From: an uncultured delta proteobacterium
Lineage (GTDB): Bacteria; Myxococcota_A; UBA9160; SMWR01
Direction: 5' to 3'
Assembly (NCBI GenBank): GCA_963832165.1
Contig: CAWHTE010000003.1
Coordinates: forward strand, 352,001 to 416,000
Length of the DNA stretch: 64,000 nt
Part shown: positions 60,516 to 64,000 of the stretch, piece by piece
How the letters are laid out: each line of letters begins with the position of its first letter
How positions within the stretch are numbered: the stretch's first letter is position 1
The notes under the pieces: model-generated
Databases searched by the model: none
Told to the model about the DNA's origin: nothing
The model's input: the letters and a program-made list of their open reading frames with translations, nothing else
Program-made: the position numbers and the translations under genes

Positions 60516-62705
60516 ATGCCGAACTACTGGTTCAAACCCGAAACGGTCACCTTCGATTTTGGTGGCCGACCCATGACGATCGAGACCGGCCGCCTCGCCA
60601 AGCAGGCCGCCGGCGCTGCGCTCGTCACCTACGGCGAGACCGCCGTGCTAGTCACGGCGACGCACGCCGACCCGCGACCCGGAATCGACTTCTTCCCGCT
60701 CACCGTCGACTTCGTCGAGAAGACGTCGGCGGCCGGCAAGATTCCGGGCGGATTCTTCAAGCGTGAGGGGCGCCTCTCGGATCGCGAAGTGCTCGTGTCG
60801 CGCTTCATCGATCGCTCGATCCGTCCGCTGTTCGCCGATGGCTACAACGACGAGACCCAGATCATCGCGACGGTGCTCTCGGCGGATGGCGAGAACACGC
60901 CGGACATCCCGGCGTTCATCGGCGCCTCCGCGGCGCTCGCGATCTCGGAGATCCCGTTCCTCGGACCGATTGCGGCCGTGCGCATGGGCCGCGCGGCCGA
61001 TCGGTGGATCGTCAACCCGACTCCCGAGGAGACCGCTGCGAGCGACATCGATCTCGTGGTGTGCGGGAGCCGTGGCGCGCTCGTGATGGTCGAGGGCGGG
61101 GCGAAGCAGGTGCCCGAGCCGGAGATCCTGGCGGGGCTCAAGCGCGCTCACCAGGAGATCGTCGCCGCGATCGACAGCATCGAGGCGCTCGCCGCCAAGG
61201 TGAGCGTGCCGAAGATCGTCGTGCCGGCGCCTGCCGACAAGAGCGAACTCGCGGCGCGCGTGCGCGCCCAGGCGGAGGCGCGTCTCGCGGCCGCCGTGCA
61301 GATCCGGGCCAAGCACGAGCGCTATGCGGCGATCGCCGAGGTCGAGAAGGAGGTAGTGGACGGCTTCGTCAGCGCGTTCCGAAACGCCCCCGCGACACTC
61401 GACACGCTAGCGGCGATCGAGAAGCGCCAGTCCGAGCTGAAGGATCTCTCGGGATCGGTCAAGGGGATCCTGCACGACCTGCGCTCCGAGCTGATGCGCA
61501 AGCGCATCCTCGACGACGGGGCACGGATCGACGGCCGCCGGAGCGACGAGATCCGGCAGATCGCGTGCGAGGTGCGGTCACTGCCGCGGCCGCACGGCAT
61601 CGCGCTGTTCACGCGCGGCGAGACCCAGGCGATGGTGTTCACCACGCTGGGCGGACAGAGCGACCAGCAGACGATCGACGCGCTGACCTCGCGCACGAGC
61701 AAGCGCTTCTACCTGCACTACAACTTCCCGCCGTTCTCGGTCGGCGAGGCGCGCATGCAGCGCGGGCCCGGCCGGCGCGAGGTGGGACACGGGAACCTCG
61801 CCGAGCGCGCGCTCGCGCAGGTGCTGCCCGACCTCGAGGGCTTCCCGTACACGATCCGGATCGTGTCCGAGACGCTCGAGTCGAACGGCTCGTCCTCGAT
61901 GGCCACGATCTGCGGCGGGACGCTCTCGCTCATGGACGCGGGCGTGCCGCTGATTGCGCCCGTCGCGGGCATCGCGATGGGTCTGATCGAGGAAGGGGAT
62001 CGCGTGGCGATCCTGTCCGACATCCTCGGCGACGAGGATCACCTCGGCGACATGGACTTCAAGGTCGCGGGCACGCGCGCGGGGATCACGGCGCTGCAGA
62101 TGGACATCAAGATCCGCAGCGTCGACTGGAACGTGCTCGAGCGCGCGCTCGAGCAGGCGCGCGTGGGACGGCTCCACATCCTCGACCGCATGGAGCAGGA
62201 GACGGTGGGCGAGTTCGTCGACTTCCGGCCTCGGACCGAGCTCTCGCGCTATGCCCCGCGCGTCAAGATGATCATGATCAAGCCGGATCGGATCCGCGAC
62301 GTGATCGGGCCGGGCGGCAAGGTGATCCGCGGCATCCAGGACGCCACGGGGACCAAGATCGACATCGAGGATACGGGCATCGTCACGATCTTCTCGCCGG
62401 ACACCGCCGCGCTCGAGCTCGCGGAGGGGATGGTCAACGAGCTCACGCAGGAAGCGGAGCTCGACCGCGTCTACCTCGGCAAGGTGAAGCGGATCACCGA
62501 CTTCGGTGCGTTCGTGGAGATCTTCCCGGGCACCGACGGGCTGATCCACATCAGCCATCTCGCCGAGGGGCGGGTCGAGAAGGTCACCGACGTGGTGAGC
62601 GAGGGCGACGAGGTGCTCGCGAAGTGCATCGAGATCGATCCCTCGGGCCGCATCCGGCTCTCGCGCAAGGAGGCACTGGCAGACGCCGCAGCCGCGGCGT
62701 CCTAG
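60516..62705 (+). CDS. pnp: Polyribonucleotide nucleotidyltransferase
   Basis: ETGRLAKQA, IPGGFFKREG, FTRGETQ, RREVGHG, ESNGSSSMA, DHLGDMDFKVAG, KH and S1 domains. Confidence 0.98.
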   Translation: MPNYWFKPETVTFDFGGRPMTIETGRLAKQAAGAALVTYGETAVLVTATHADPRPGIDFFPLTVDFVEKTSAAGKIPGGFFKREGRLSDREVLVSRFIDRSIRPLFADGYNDETQIIATVLSADGENTPDIPAFIGASAALAISEIPFLGPIAAVRMGRAADRWIVNPTPEETAASDIDLVVCGSRGALVMVEGGAKQVPEPEILAGLKRAHQEIVAAIDSIEALAAKVSVPKIVVPAPADKSELAARVRAQAEARLAAAVQIRAKHERYAAIAEVEKEVVDGFVSAFRNAPATLDTLAAIEKRQSELKDLSGSVKGILHDLRSELMRKRILDDGARIDGRRSDEIRQIACEVRSLPRPHGIALFTRGETQAMVFTTLGGQSDQQTIDALTSRTSKRFYLHYNFPPFSVGEARMQRGPGRREVGHGNLAERALAQVLPDLEGFPYTIRIVSETLESNGSSSMATICGGTLSLMDAGVPLIAPVAGIAMGLIEEGDRVAILSDILGDEDHLGDMDFKVAGTRAGITALQMDIKIRSVDWNVLERALEQARVGRLHILDRMEQETVGEFVDFRPRTELSRYAPRVKMIMIKPDRIRDVIGPGGKVIRGIQDATGTKIDIEDTGIVTIFSPDTAALELAEGMVNELTQEAELDRVYLGKVKRITDFGAFVEIFPGTDGLIHISHLAEGRVEKVTDVVSEGDEVLAKCIEIDPSGRIRLSRKEALADAAAAAS

Positions 62706-62715
62706 CCTCTCCTGA

Positions 62716-63198
62716 ATGAGTTCGCCCCGCGCGCCCGTCACGGTCCGGATCACGCGATTGCCGGGCGCGCGGGGACTGCCTCTGCCCGCGCGTGCCACCG
62801 CGGGCTCGGCGGGTTTCGATCTGCACGCCGCGCTCGAGCACGAGCTCGTGCTCGAGCCGGGCGATCGCGCGCTCGTGCCGACGGGCTTCGCGATCGCGTT
62901 GCCCGACGGGTTCGAGGCGCAGGTGCGCCCGCGCAGCGGCCTCGCGCTGCGGCACGGGCTCGTGCTGCCGAACGCGCCCGGGACGATCGACGCGGACTAC
63001 CGCGGCGAGGTCTCGGTGATCGTGTTGAACGCCGGCCGCGATCCGATCACGCTGCGGCGCGGCGATCGCATCGCGCAGATGGTGGTCGCGCCGGTCGCGA
63101 ATGCGCGCTTCGTCGAGGTCGATACCCTCGAAGAGACAGCTCGCGGGGCCGGAGGCTTCGGCCACACCGGTAGCGCCGCATCGGAGCTAAAGACATGA
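62716..63198 (+). CDS. dut: dUTP diphosphatase
   Basis: [37 protein letters not shown]. Confidence 0.97.
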   Translation: MSSPRAPVTVRITRLPGARGLPLPARATAGSAGFDLHAALEHELVLEPGDRALVPTGFAIALPDGFEAQVRPRSGLALRHGLVLPNAPGTIDADYRGEVSVIVLNAGRDPITLRRGDRIAQMVVAPVANARFVEVDTLEETARGAGGFGHTGSAASELKT

Positions 63199-64000
63199 GT
63201 GAGCCGCTGAGCGCGCGAGGAGAGCCCGTGCGGCCGCGGCCGCCCACGCCGCCCCCGAACGGGGGACTGCCGAAGCGCGGCCTCTCCGATCTGCAGACGC
63301 GCCTGCTCACCGCGTCGGTCCTCGTGCCGTACGTACTGTTCGCGATCGCGCAGGGCGGGTTCTGGGTGCTCGGCACGGTCGTCGTGGTGGTACTGCTCGG
63401 CGCAGCGCGAGTTCTACGGCCTGATCGAGGACAAAGGCGCCCACCCGATCATCGGATTCGGCCTGGCCGCGGGTGTGGCGCTGCAGGTCGTCGCCTATCT
63501 CGGCAACGAGTACCACGTCACGATCCTCATGACCGTGGCGCTGCTCGTCGTGATGATCGCGCAGCTCGGACGCGCGCAGATCGCCGAGGCGCTCGCGAGC
63601 ATCTCGGGGACGTTCTTCGGGATCTTCTACATCGGCTGGCTGCTCTCGCATGCGATCGTGCTGCGCGAGTTCCACCGCGTGATCGTGATGCGCTACCGCC
63701 CCGAGGACGCGCTCGCGGCGGGAGTCACGCCCGAGTCGGGCGCGTTCCTGCTCACGTTCACGCTCGCGGTCGTGGTGTGGAGCGACGCGGGCGCCTATTT
63801 CGCCGGCCGCGCCTACGGCGAGCGCAAGCTCGCGCCGCGGATCAGCCCCGGAAAGACCGTCGAGGGCGCGATCGGCGGCGTGCTCGGCGGGACGATCGTC
63901 GGCCTGATCTTCAAGGCGATCTTCGATTTCTTCTGGCCCGATCTCTCGGCGATCATGGGCTGGGGTCTCGCGATCCTGTTCGGGCTGATCCTGTCGGTGG
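63195..64000 (+). CDS. cdsA: Phosphatidate cytidylyltransferase, 3'-truncated, +1 frameshift near 63405
   Basis: [41 protein letters not shown]. Confidence 0.92.
   Translation, partial: MSEPLSARGEPVRPRPPTPPPNGGLPKRGLSDLQTRLLTASVLVPYVLFAIAQGGFWVLGTVVVVVLLGAARVLRPDRGQRRPPDHRIRPGRGCGAAGRRLSRQRVPRHDPHDRGAARRDDRAARTRADRRGAREHLGDVLRDLLHRLAALACDRAARVPPRDRDALPPRGRARGGSHARVGRVPAHVHARGRGVERRGRLFRRPRLRRAQARAADQPRKDRRGRDRRRARRDDRRPDLQGDLRFLLARSLGDHGLGSRDPVRADPVG

Overview
Very GC-rich bacterial chromosomal segment. Gene order and gene content point to a deltaproteobacterial, Myxococcota-like lineage, but this is inference and should be tested with the complete 16S in the window. Most of the window is core genome: GDPD (partial), lrp-gltB-gltD, zapB-like-zapA-ygfA-tyrS, a full rRNA operon (16S, tRNA-Ile, tRNA-Ala, 23S, 5S), aroE/purE/udg, yebC-ruvCAB, lpxC, ntrYX-like-pyrK-pyrD and rimP-nusA-infB-DUF503-rbfA-truB-rpsO-pnp-dut-cdsA. 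Many genes are broken by single-base +1 frameshifts that look like long-read errors. The most notable signals are: (1) a shared sigma28/FliA-like promoter motif, T(C/A)(A/C)A(G/A)-N15-(G/T)(C/T)CGAT(G/A), before four dispersed non-flagellar loci (a lipoprotein, a lidless Hsp70 + J/TPR pair, a TPR Ser/Thr kinase, and a 2345-aa TPR protein + PilZ protein), suggesting an uncharacterised regulon; (2) a co-oriented, REP-like ~26-40 nt repeat with a covarying tandem-G.A hairpin at operon junctions; (3) a lipoprotein fusing two thioredoxin-fold domains to an octaheme (2 x c554-like) cytochrome; (4) a complete sigma54/IHF/tandem-enhancer promoter before lpxC; (5) rplX outside the spc operon, next to a Zn-free rpmG; (6) a small accessory insert encoding a secreted GH64/thaumatin-like protein. 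No CRISPR array, integrase or transposase was seen.
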